From Eubacteriales bacterium (GTDB lineage Bacteria; Bacillota; Clostridia; Oscillospirales; JAAYXM01), in NCBI GenBank assembly GCA_045649105.1, contig JAZRPG010000027.1, forward strand, positions 16,798 to 80,797: DNA of 64,000 nucleotides, in the 5' to 3' direction. Under the pieces are notes generated by a model. That model made no database searches. It saw nothing but the letters and a program-made list of their open reading frames with translations, and was not told where the DNA came from. Numbering within the stretch: position 1 is the first letter of the stretch; every line of letters starts with the position of its first letter. Positions 40,277-48,897 of the stretch are shown here, one piece after another. The position numbers and the translations under genes were made by a program.

Positions 40277-40305
40277 TTGACTTTTAGAAATTTAAGTGAT
40301 ATACT
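40277..40305 (+). promoter_or_regulatory. promoter of the infC-rpmI-rplT operon
   Basis: TTGACT, 17 nt, TATACT. Confidence 0.6.
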
Positions 40306-40311
40306 ATTATA

Positions 40312-40454
40312 CGTTAGAATAAAGCAGGGCACATCCCGCCCTCACCTCCAGCTATGTAAAGAGGTAAACATTGTCTTTTTTGTTTTCGGCGTATTGCCGA
40401 TTGCATTTCAGAATTGTTGAGCGCGGGCATTTGTTGCTTGCGCTCTTTAGTTTT
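40312..40454 (+). promoter_or_regulatory. L20-leader-type attenuator upstream of infC
   Basis: ~150-nt structured leader ending in an 11-bp stem (GAGCGCGGGCA / TTGCTTGCGCTC, 40419-40445) plus TTTAGTTTT, directly before the infC SD. Confidence 0.55.
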
Positions 40455-40468
40455 GGAGGTGCTTTAGT

Positions 40469-40996
40469 ATCAGCAAGTTAGAACATCAAATCAATGAGGA
40501 AATCCGCGACAAAGAGGTTCGTCTTATCGATGCCGAAGGACAGCAGGTAGGCGTGGTTCCTATCGGAGAAGCCAACAGAATGGCGGAGGAGAGTGGTCTT
40601 GACCTTGTAAAAATCGCTCCGCAGGCAGTTCCTCCGGTGTGCCGAATCATGGACTATGGAAAGTTTAAATTCGAGCAGGATAAGAGAGAAAAGGAAGCGC
40701 GGAAAAATCAGCGCGTCATAGATGTTAAGGAAGTACGAATGACGCCGAGCATTGATGTACACGACTTTGAAGTCAAAATGAATAATGCAATTCGTTTTTT
40801 GAAATCAGGCTGCAAGGTAAAAGTTGTTGTCCGTTTCAAAGGACGCGAGCTTGCACACACCAACTTGGGAACAGATCTTTTGAAGCGTTTTTCTGAGGGT
40901 TGTGCAGAGTTTTGCAATGTTGAGAAAATACCAAAGCTCGAAGGTCGCCAGATGATAATGTTCTTGTCTTCTAAAGTTCCACCAAAAACGAACTGA
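40469..40996 (+). CDS. infC: translation initiation factor IF-3, probable non-canonical ATC start
   Basis: Homology (ISKLEHQINEEIRDKEVRLID...) extends 28 codons upstream of the track ORF. GGAGG lies at 40455-59, and ATC is the only AUN/NUG codon in frame at suitable spacing. Confidence 0.85.
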   Translation: MSKLEHQINEEIRDKEVRLIDAEGQQVGVVPIGEANRMAEESGLDLVKIAPQAVPPVCRIMDYGKFKFEQDKREKEARKNQRVIDVKEVRMTPSIDVHDFEVKMNNAIRFLKSGCKVKVVVRFKGRELAHTNLGTDLLKRFSEGCAEFCNVEKIPKLEGRQMIMFLSSKVPPKTN

Positions 40997-41024
40997 TAAA
41001 CAATAAACGAGAGGAGAATTAATC

Positions 41025-41222
41025 ATGCCTAAAATCAAAACACACAGCGGTGCATCAAAGAGATTTAAGGTAACAAAGAACGGTAAGGTAAAAATAAACC
41101 GCGCAAATCGCCGTCATATCTTAAATAAGAAGAGCACAAAACTCAAAAGAGGTCTGCGTCATTCTGCGTATGCTTCTGCAGCAAATGAGGCAACACTCAA
41201 GCGTTTAGTACCTTATAAATAA
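41025..41222 (+). CDS. rpmI: 50S ribosomal protein L35
   Basis: [18 protein letters not shown]-terminus. Confidence 0.97.
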   Translation: MPKIKTHSGASKRFKVTKNGKVKINRANRRHILNKKSTKLKRGLRHSAYASAANEATLKRLVPYK

Positions 41223-41249
41223 AATTTACGGAAATGGAGGCTGTTTAGA

Positions 41250-41603
41250 ATGGCTAGAGTTAAAGGCGCAATGATGACGCGCAAAAGAAGAAAAAAGATA
41301 TTAAAGCTCGCAAAGGGCTATTGGGGTGCAAAATCCAAACACTTTAAGATGGCTAATCAGGCTGTTATGAAGTCACTGACATATGCATATGTCGGACGTA
41401 AGCTTAAAAAGCGTGATTTCCGCCGTATTTGGATAACAAGAATTTCTGCAGCAGCAAAGCAGAATGATATCAATTATTCTCGCTTTATGAACGGTTTAAA
41501 GAAATGTAACATAAGCATTAACAGAAAAATGCTTGCAGATATGGCTCACAATGATCCGGTAGCATTTACAGCACTTGTTGAGTTGGTAAAAACAAAAATA
41601 TAA
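41250..41603 (+). CDS. rplT: 50S ribosomal protein L20
   Basis: [27 protein letters not shown]-terminus. Confidence 0.97.
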   Translation: MARVKGAMMTRKRRKKILKLAKGYWGAKSKHFKMANQAVMKSLTYAYVGRKLKKRDFRRIWITRISAAAKQNDINYSRFMNGLKKCNISINRKMLADMAHNDPVAFTALVELVKTKI

Positions 41604-41655
41604 CGCAATGAGTCTGTAATAAGCTCTAATAAATATAATATGGGGTATGTTTGAT

Positions 41656-42600
41656 ATGAAAAAAAGAAAAGCTAAGGTAGCTATAATTGGTGCCGGATTT
41701 GTTGGTGCAGCATCTGCATATGCAATAGCGCTGAAAAAGGTTTGCTCTGAGCTTGTCCTTATTGATGTAAATCTCGATAAAGCTATTGGTGAGGCAGATG
41801 ATATTTCACACGGTCTTCCGTTTGTAGGCTCCATGAGTGTCTATGCAGGAGATTATTCATGTGTTAAGGATTGCGATGTAATAGTAATTACAGCGGGTGC
41901 AAACAGAAAAGTAGGCGAGACTCGTCTTGACCTTGCGAAAAAGAACACAGCTATTGCAAAGGATATTACCGATAATATTATGAAATATTATAACGGCGGT
42001 GTAATCCTTGTCGTTGCAAACCCTGTTGATATTTTGACATATATGATTACGAAGTGGACAGGGCTTCCGTCCGGAATGGTTTTAGGATCCGGAACTACGC
42101 TTGACTCAATTCGCTTCCGTAGTGCTCTTACAACACTTACGGGCATTGATTCCATCAATATACACGGTTATATCATAGGTGAACACGGAGACTCTCAGGT
42201 TCCGATATGGAGTAACACTCATATTGCGGGAATACGTATTGAGGATTACTGCAACGCTAATGGCATTAAACTTGATGCTCAGGTAAAAGCTGATATTCTT
42301 GAGCAGATTAAGGTTGGAGGTGCCCAGATAATAAAAAGAAAGGGTGCCACATATTACGGAATCGCTGTTTGTGTCGCAACACTTGTTGAGTCGCTTCTTC
42401 GCGACAGTAACACTATAAGAACAGTAAGTACTGTTTTAAACGGTGAGTTTGGCGTCAGTGATGTAGCGTTGTCTCTTCCGACAGTAATAGGTTCCGGCGG
42501 TGCCGAGAAGGTGCTTGTACCTAATATAACAGCTGAAGAGGCTGATTTGTTCCGCAAATCCGCAGAAGCATGCAAGGCAGTTCTTGATGCTTGCAGATAA
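41656..42600 (+). CDS. ldh: L-lactate dehydrogenase
   Basis: VAIIGAGFVG, DSIRFR and GEHGDS motifs. ATG 41656 is preferred over 41647 on SD spacing. Confidence 0.92.
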   Translation: MKKRKAKVAIIGAGFVGAASAYAIALKKVCSELVLIDVNLDKAIGEADDISHGLPFVGSMSVYAGDYSCVKDCDVIVITAGANRKVGETRLDLAKKNTAIAKDITDNIMKYYNGGVILVVANPVDILTYMITKWTGLPSGMVLGSGTTLDSIRFRSALTTLTGIDSINIHGYIIGEHGDSQVPIWSNTHIAGIRIEDYCNANGIKLDAQVKADILEQIKVGGAQIIKRKGATYYGIAVCVATLVESLLRDSNTIRTVSTVLNGEFGVSDVALSLPTVIGSGGAEKVLVPNITAEEADLFRKSAEACKAVLDACR

Positions 42601-42612
42601 TTAAATGTTTTT

Positions 42613-42652
42613 AAAGATAGTTCACACATCTGTGTGTGAACTATCTTTTTTT
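42613..42652. terminator. bidirectional intrinsic terminator
   Basis: AAAGATAGTTCACACA / TGTGTGAACTATCTTT 16-bp stem followed by a T-run. Confidence 0.8.
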
Positions 42653-42801
42653 ATTTCATTAGTGCTGTATTTAGAGGTTTGCTTCGGGACATAATGAATA
42701 CAGCTTGAATCCGATGCAGTACCGTTTGAACCTGCTTTTTCCAATGAGCATGAACCTTCTTTTTGGTATTTGCAATCGCTCGTGCACGCGATATAACTCA
42801 T
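42622..42801 (-). CDS. small four-cysteine protein, unknown function
   Basis: 59 aa, MSYIACTSDCKYQKEGSCSLEKAGSNGTASDSSCIHYV. GAGGTG SD 6 nt upstream of ATG 42801. Confidence 0.5.
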   Translation of the reverse strand: MSYIACTSDCKYQKEGSCSLEKAGSNGTASDSSCIHYVPKQTSKYSTNEIKKDSSHTDV

Positions 42802-42883
42802 GAAAAACACCTCATATTTAAATTTTATAACAGTTTTTCCGTTAAGCTGATAAATATTCTATACAAGGGAGCGAGGCTGACAA

Positions 42884-43879
42884 ATGAAACGTAGTTTGCT
42901 GTTGATTATATCTACAATTATAGTAATAGCTTTTATGTGGGTTTATTCATATAATACACAGCAGGCAGAGCCGTTTGCAGTCTGCTGCGTTGAGGCGGGT
43001 ACAAAAAATGTTTATGATTTTATCAACGCAAGAGGCAAAATTAAAGAGGGCAATAAAAAAGATATTTATACAAACGGAGCTTCGGTAATTAAAAAAGTAC
43101 ATGTGAAAATAGGCGACTATGTAGAAAAAGGGGAGACCATTATTGAGGTCGAGCCAATTTTCATCGATAAAAGTGCGTTTTCTGATTACCAAATGGATAC
43201 AAGTGGCATTGAGAGAGTTCTCAAAGATTATGGAATTAATACCGGAATATTATCGGGCGACGACACAACAGCAGTAAGAACGGATAAAAAACTTATAAAA
43301 AGCCCGATAGACGGAATTCTAACAGACATCAGAGTGACACCGGGAGACGAAATTACACCCATAAAAAAGCTTGCAAGTGTTTCTGATTTTAACTCACTTT
43401 ATGCATTGGTGATGGTACCGGAGGAGCACTCTTCTAAAATATCAGAAGGGCAACAGGTTAAGGTTAGCGCAGATGCTTTCGGCGGAAAAACTTTAGCAGG
43501 AAAAGTGAGCAGAATAAATCCTGTTGCTAAACAGGCTTTTTCAATTAATGGGGATGGAGAGACATATGTAGAGGCTGTAGTTGAATTTGAAACTAGCGAC
43601 AAAGTCTTGCGTCCGGAACTTACAGTTAATGCCAAAATAACATCAAAAACAGTTGAAAATGCAATTACAATTCCATATGAATGTATAAGGCAGGATGATA
43701 ATAACAGAGAATATGTTTTTGTAGTTAAAGGCAATAATGTTGCTATTAAGTATATATCTGTAGGGTATGAGCTTGAGGACGAAGTCGAGGTAAAATCAGG
43801 CTTAATGAAGAACGATAAAGTAGTGTTAAATCCGCCGGAAACTCTTAAAGACGGAGATAAAATTAAAATTTCGGAGTAG
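42884..43879 (+). CDS. membrane-fusion (HlyD/MacA-like) periplasmic adaptor
   Basis: N-terminal TM anchor, a biotinyl-lipoyl-like hairpin region and a beta-barrel C-terminus. Adjacent to a MacB-type permease. Confidence 0.75.
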   Translation: MKRSLLLIISTIIVIAFMWVYSYNTQQAEPFAVCCVEAGTKNVYDFINARGKIKEGNKKDIYTNGASVIKKVHVKIGDYVEKGETIIEVEPIFIDKSAFSDYQMDTSGIERVLKDYGINTGILSGDDTTAVRTDKKLIKSPIDGILTDIRVTPGDEITPIKKLASVSDFNSLYALVMVPEEHSSKISEGQQVKVSADAFGGKTLAGKVSRINPVAKQAFSINGDGETYVEAVVEFETSDKVLRPELTVNAKITSKTVENAITIPYECIRQDDNNREYVFVVKGNNVAIKYISVGYELEDEVEVKSGLMKNDKVVLNPPETLKDGDKIKISE

Positions 43880-43885
43880 CGCATA

Positions 43886-45076
43886 ATGCTTATAAAAGAT
43901 ATTTTAAAAATTTCTTTATTAAATGCTCTTAGAGGGAGAATAAGGACAGCTCTTACCGCGCTTTCGATTATGATAGGAGTCGCTTCCGTATTACTTGTAG
44001 AATCGATTGGCTCAGGCGGTGAACAGGTTATAATAGGGGAAATTGAAAAGCTCGGATTAAGCGGTATTGCAATATCTCAAAATTTCAATGAGGAGACAAC
44101 TCCTCTGTGCGCGGAGGATGCAGAGGCGTTAGAAAGAACTTTCAGTGAAATATCTGATGCCATGCCCATAGTTATGCAATACGGAGCGATAAAGTTTAAT
44201 AAAGTAATATCGGATTCCGTCATTCTTGGTGTTGGTGCAAGGGCTGACAAGATTTATAATGTGAATCTTTTATATGGAAGAGTTCCGAATGAGGTTGACA
44301 TAAGAAGCAATAGAAAAGTTGCAGTAATTGATAATGAACTCGCAGAGAAAAGCTACAAAAGAGTAAATGTAGTAGGTAAGCAAATAGTTGTAAATTTTAG
44401 TGGTAAAAAGGAAAAATATGAGATTATAGGTGTGATAAAGTCACAAAAAGATGGAATTAACCAAATGCTCGGCGGAGGAATTCCTGATTTTATATATATA
44501 CCATATACGACTGTAAATGAGACGAGAAATGAGAATTCAGTAAGTCAGATAGCAGTAAAATGCATAGGTGATGATGAGGAAAGCGGAGAAAAATTTGCAG
44601 ATTTCCTTTCAAGGAGAAAAGGGTTTGATAACGCATATATTTCGGAAAATATGACATCAAAAATTGGAGAAATAAAGACGATTACAAACCTTGTATCGTT
44701 AATTATAAGCGCTATTGCAGCAATTTCGCTTTGTGTTGCCGGAATAGGGATAATGAATACAATGTTTTCCTCAACAGCGGAAAGATACAGGGAAATCGGA
44801 ATCTGTATGGCGGTGGGAGCTTCCTCAAGAGACATTTCTCTTTGTTTCTTAGCAGAATCAATTATAATATCATTAATAGGGGGGACAGCAGGAGCATTAT
44901 TTGGATGGATAGGAATTCTTGCAATTTCAAATTTAATCGGTGTTAAATCGATATACAGTATTTGGACATTTATCGGTGCAGAAGTAATTTCAATTTTATG
45001 CGGTGCAATTTTTTCTGTAATACCGGCTGTTAAAGCATCAAAACTGGATCCAATAATTACATTGAGAAATGATTAG
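43886..45076 (+). CDS. MacB-type (FtsX-fold) ABC transporter permease
   Basis: TM1, a ~230-aa extracytoplasmic domain and 3 C-terminal TM helices. N-terminus is LRGRIRTALTALSIMIGVASV. Confidence 0.8.
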   Translation: MLIKDILKISLLNALRGRIRTALTALSIMIGVASVLLVESIGSGGEQVIIGEIEKLGLSGIAISQNFNEETTPLCAEDAEALERTFSEISDAMPIVMQYGAIKFNKVISDSVILGVGARADKIYNVNLLYGRVPNEVDIRSNRKVAVIDNELAEKSYKRVNVVGKQIVVNFSGKKEKYEIIGVIKSQKDGINQMLGGGIPDFIYIPYTTVNETRNENSVSQIAVKCIGDDEESGEKFADFLSRRKGFDNAYISENMTSKIGEIKTITNLVSLIISAIAAISLCVAGIGIMNTMFSSTAERYREIGICMAVGASSRDISLCFLAESIIISLIGGTAGALFGWIGILAISNLIGVKSIYSIWTFIGAEVISILCGAIFSVIPAVKASKLDPIITLRND

Positions 45077-45159
45077 GCATTTTCTAGTTGTTTTATTTTG
45101 TATATTTTAACTTAGGGGAGCGGTATCATTTGTTCGTAACTTATCTTATTTCATATTAA

Positions 45160-45195
45160 CCTAATTGAACAAAATAAAAATTTTGTTCAATTAGG
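45160..45195. repeat. perfect 15-bp inverted repeat with a 6-bp spacer
   Basis: CCTAATTGAACAAAA TAAAAA TTTTGTTCAATTAGG, located 135 bp upstream of the XerC-like gene. Confidence 0.9.
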
Positions 45196-45330
45196 GGTAG
45201 TGAATTGCGGTGGGAAAATGTTATTAAGACCACAATATATCTGTGATACCATTGAGACATATTTTGAGACTATGTTTTTTCTCTACACATTTAGATAAAA
45301 ATATGTTATCATATTATTATAATAGATTGT

Positions 45331-46368
45331 GTGGTGAAAAAATTGAATCGTGAAGAATTATTAAAGATGCCGACACTTGTTCGGGAGTTTGCAAATTATA
45401 TGGTTACGATAAACGACAAGTCACCCGGAACAATTAATGAATATATGCTTGATTTGCGCACATTTTTTAAATATATGAAAGTTCTTTACGGATTAGCTCA
45501 GATGTCCCCCGATGACGGTATTGCATCCATAGATATCAGTGACATTGATATTGAGTTTATAAGGAAAATCAAGCTAACAGATGTATATGACTATTTTAAC
45601 TATCTCTCTAACGATAAAAAGAAGTTCTATAATAGCGAAATTAATGAATATGGGCTTACAGCGTCCTCGCGTGCGAGAAAAGTTTCATCGCTCCGTTCCT
45701 TTTTTAAATACCTTTTAAAAACGCATGCTATTGAGGAAAATCCGATGGTTGAGCTTGAGTTTCCGAAATCACATAAGACGCTTCCGCATTATTTGACATA
45801 TGATGAAAGCGTAAAATTGCTCGAAAGTATAGTTGGCGAAAATAAGATTCGTGATTACTGTATTATTATGCTTTTTTTAAACTGCGGATTGCGTGTTTCT
45901 GAGCTTACCGGAATAAATATCGGAGACATCAAGGGCGATATGCTCAGAGTTATAGGAAAAGGACGAAAAGAACGCGTAGTCTATTTAAATGATGCATGTA
46001 TCGAGGCTGTGAATGACTATCTTGATGAACGGAAAAAGATAACTAATATTCCTGCTTCTGACGAAAAAGCTCTGTTTATCAGTAAAAAAAAGAACCGAAT
46101 CAGCTCGTCAACCGTCAAATGGCTTGTTAAAAAATATTGCAGTTACGCAGCTCTTGACCCGAAAATATCCGTACATAAACTCCGCCATACCTCTGCGACA
46201 TTAATGTACAGGAGCGGAGTTGATGTAAAGGTTCTGCAAGAGGTTTTAGGACATGAGCACTTAAATACTACAGAGATATACACACATACAGACAGTGAGG
46301 CACTCAGGACGGCTGCAAGGGCAAATCCCCTATCCCGCATGAAACCTAAAAAAGATTCTGAAGATTAA
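45331..46368 (+). CDS. tyrosine recombinase, XerC-like with an enlarged N-terminal domain (start uncertain)
   Basis: Catalytic signature GLRVSEL, HKLRHTSAT and LGHEHLNTTEIYTH. There is no convincing SD at GTG 45331; ATG 45367 is an alternative start. Confidence 0.85.
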   Translation: MVKKLNREELLKMPTLVREFANYMVTINDKSPGTINEYMLDLRTFFKYMKVLYGLAQMSPDDGIASIDISDIDIEFIRKIKLTDVYDYFNYLSNDKKKFYNSEINEYGLTASSRARKVSSLRSFFKYLLKTHAIEENPMVELEFPKSHKTLPHYLTYDESVKLLESIVGENKIRDYCIIMLFLNCGLRVSELTGINIGDIKGDMLRVIGKGRKERVVYLNDACIEAVNDYLDERKKITNIPASDEKALFISKKKNRISSSTVKWLVKKYCSYAALDPKISVHKLRHTSATLMYRSGVDVKVLQEVLGHEHLNTTEIYTHTDSEALRTAARANPLSRMKPKKDSED

Positions 46369-46370
46369 AT

Positions 46371-46416
46371 AAAAGGCGATATATTTTGATTTTAAGTCAA
46401 ATATATCGCCTTTTTT
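46371..46416. terminator. bidirectional intrinsic terminator
   Basis: AAAAGGCGATATATTT..GA / TCAAATATATCGCCTTTT stem between convergent genes. Confidence 0.8.
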
Positions 46417-46436
46417 GTACTAAAAATAAATAAAAA

Positions 46437-47273
46437 TCAATTTTTTGTTACTTGTTCAAGCATGTATTTCTTTATGATTCCATATGTCGAAAACGATACC
46501 GAGAAGCGACACAAGGAGAAAAAGAGCGCGACTACTAAAACGACATCAATTTTGGGTGTGGATGTAAACGAAATGGTTATTACAAATATTATAAGTAACG
46601 CAACAATGTTTCTGAAAAAGCCTAAAACGCAAAATATAAGAGAATTTTTTAGTATATCTTTAAGCTTTAATTCAAAGGTGACGGAAATTGTATAAGTATA
46701 AAAACGCATACAGAAGTATATTACAAATGCAATTATTGCTACAATTTTGATGAATTTGTAAAAGATAATGCTTCCGCCTTCTAAGACTGAAAAATCTGAT
46801 GCAAGATACATTAGAAAGCACAGTAGAGCAACAATATCTAAAATTCCAAGAGCGAGGCCCTGCTTAAAATTAGACTTACATCTTGTAAACAGGTCAGTAA
46901 ACCATACATGCTTTTCGTCTGCTAAATTTCTTGATACATATGTTAGTCCTGCTGTCAACGGTCCGTAAACAATTGCCGAAATCACGAAAAGAACAATGAA
47001 TACCGGAGGTGTCAGTGTGTTTATAAGCCACAGAGCTGCGCGTATAAAAAATACACTTTCAACAACTTGCGCAGATATATTAAAGAAACTGCAAGCCAAG
47101 TAAATGAATCCGCAAACAAGGGGGAAAACACATGCTAAATACATGATATTAAACATAACCAGTTTGCTGAATTTGCGATATAATAACTCGAAATATCTGA
47201 AAAAAGCTCGTTTTTTTCTTGGTTCACTATCGCTGCTTATCTTAACATCGGAAAATTTGTTTAGGAACGACAT
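46437..47273 (-). CDS. DUF624 (YesL-like) membrane protein
   Basis: 278 aa, polytopic. N-terminal FFRYFELLYRKFSKLVMFNIMYL pattern is typical of YesL. Confidence 0.6.
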   Translation of the reverse strand: MSFLNKFSDVKISSDSEPRKKRAFFRYFELLYRKFSKLVMFNIMYLACVFPLVCGFIYLACSFFNISAQVVESVFFIRAALWLINTLTPPVFIVLFVISAIVYGPLTAGLTYVSRNLADEKHVWFTDLFTRCKSNFKQGLALGILDIVALLCFLMYLASDFSVLEGGSIIFYKFIKIVAIIAFVIYFCMRFYTYTISVTFELKLKDILKNSLIFCVLGFFRNIVALLIIFVITISFTSTPKIDVVLVVALFFSLCRFSVSFSTYGIIKKYMLEQVTKN

Positions 47274-47298
47274 ATTTTTTCTCCATTCTTTTGTGAAA

Positions 47299-48183
47299 TT
47301 ATGCGCGTGGGTGAAATTTTATATATGAACTCTTGAGGTTGTTTTTTATGAGCTGGGCATATACTAATGTCGATGAAATATCAGAGTGCCCCATCATTTC
47401 CTTAATTGAGTTTAAATCTGCACCATTTTCTAAAAGATGCGCAGCAAACGAGTGTCTTAGTATATGCGGTGTTATATCTGTGGTGATTTTTGCGGTTTCT
47501 TGATAATGCTTGATGATTTTCCAAAATCCCTGTCTTGTCATTCGTTCACCATTAAGATTCACAAACAGAGACTTTTCTGAGGAGTTTGTTAACAAAAGCG
47601 GGCGGACGGATTTCAGATATTCATCTATGGCGGAAACAGCGGCCTGATAAATTGGGATCATGCGCTCCCCTGCTCCGGCTCCGCATCTTATAAACCCAAG
47701 CGTTGTGTTGACATCGGTAACATTAAGCGCTATAAGCTCGCTCACGCGAATTCCGGTGGCATACAGGACCTCAAGCATTGCCTTATCACGACATCCTTTT
47801 AATGTGTCGGATTTCGGTTGATTGAGGAACAAATCAACCTCACGATTTGTGAGAACGCGTGGAAGCCTTTTTTCTTTTTTAACTGATTTTACATTGTGCA
47901 TGGGATTTTGAGTTATTGCCTGCTCGGCCAATAAATAAGTGTAAAATGAACGTAATGAGGCGAGAACTCTTGTTATGGTTGCACATGACTTTCTACTCTC
48001 AACCAATGCATCAATGTATCCTGTAATATCATTTGTGCTGCATTTTGAAATGTCAGAAATTCCGCGTAAGTACATAAATTCGTTGAACTTGATTACATCG
48101 CGTAAATATGACACAGTTGTGTTATCTGAGGCGCGTTTATTCTTTTTTAAGTATAATTCAAAATCTCTTATGTAATCGCTCAT
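47299..48183 (-). CDS. xerD: site-specific tyrosine recombinase XerD
   Basis: GIRVSELIAL, HILRHSFAAHLLENGADL and MGHSDISSTLVYAQ motifs. Length is 294 aa. Confidence 0.85.
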   Translation of the reverse strand: MSDYIRDFELYLKKNKRASDNTTVSYLRDVIKFNEFMYLRGISDISKCSTNDITGYIDALVESRKSCATITRVLASLRSFYTYLLAEQAITQNPMHNVKSVKKEKRLPRVLTNREVDLFLNQPKSDTLKGCRDKAMLEVLYATGIRVSELIALNVTDVNTTLGFIRCGAGAGERMIPIYQAAVSAIDEYLKSVRPLLLTNSSEKSLFVNLNGERMTRQGFWKIIKHYQETAKITTDITPHILRHSFAAHLLENGADLNSIKEMMGHSDISSTLVYAQLIKNNLKSSYIKFHPRA

Positions 48184-48200
48184 AAAAAACCTCTGTGGAT

Positions 48201-48833
48201 TTATTTTACAATATTTATAGACAGATTAATTAAAAACGGAGTTAGCAGCATATCTGCAAGAGAGGCAAAAAAGAATATGATAATACATGCAGAAAAAAGA
48301 ATAATATAAGACTTAATGCTTATCGGATATGCGGCGCCTCCATGTGGGCTTCGACGGAGAACGTTTGCAAAAACTTTTGAAAAATCAAAAGCAATAGAAG
48401 AAATTATAAGAATACACGGCAATGTGATAAATGTCTGCACTCCAAACATAGAAAGAGCAACCCAAATTCCCTTAGCACTCATAGTGCGAACAATCGCAGA
48501 AACGGACATTGAAATAAAGAAACCTTTTAGAAAAACGACGCACGGTATGCACAGCAATCCGAGTGCGGTGAAGCTTAAAAGAAAAATTAATGTTGGATAT
48601 TTACACATATTAAAAAGTGTTTTTAAATATGAGTATCCTTCGATACCGTTCCGGGAAATTTTATCGTATTGTTGTATATAACTATCGAGAAACAGTATGG
48701 ATTCGTCGTTTGAGTATATCATTGCGACGCATCCGGAAACAATTCCGCAAAGAAGAAAAATAACCATTATCGCTATGGCAGGCGATGCTTTTTGCAGCGG
48801 ATTCCGTACTGTTTTTTTGAAAGCATTTTTCAC
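48201..48833 (-). CDS. spoIIM: stage II sporulation protein M-like membrane protein
   Basis: 210 aa with 5 TM helices. Topology, size and position next to xerD resemble SpoIIM. Confidence 0.55.
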   Translation of the reverse strand: MKNAFKKTVRNPLQKASPAIAIMVIFLLCGIVSGCVAMIYSNDESILFLDSYIQQYDKISRNGIEGYSYLKTLFNMCKYPTLIFLLSFTALGLLCIPCVVFLKGFFISMSVSAIVRTMSAKGIWVALSMFGVQTFITLPCILIISSIAFDFSKVFANVLRRSPHGGAAYPISIKSYIILFSACIIIFFFASLADMLLTPFLINLSINIVK

Positions 48834-48897
48834 TTTCTACATCCCCCTCATATAAAAATCCTTGTAAAAAAATATGAAGGGAAACTTGCGTATATGA

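Noticed and set aside
45331-48183. The two tyrosine recombinases as markers of a prophage or integrative element.
   Set aside because: No phage, conjugation or transposition genes, tRNA target or direct-repeat att sites flank them. One is a standard-length XerD next to spoIIM, so a chromosome-dimer-resolution role is more economical.
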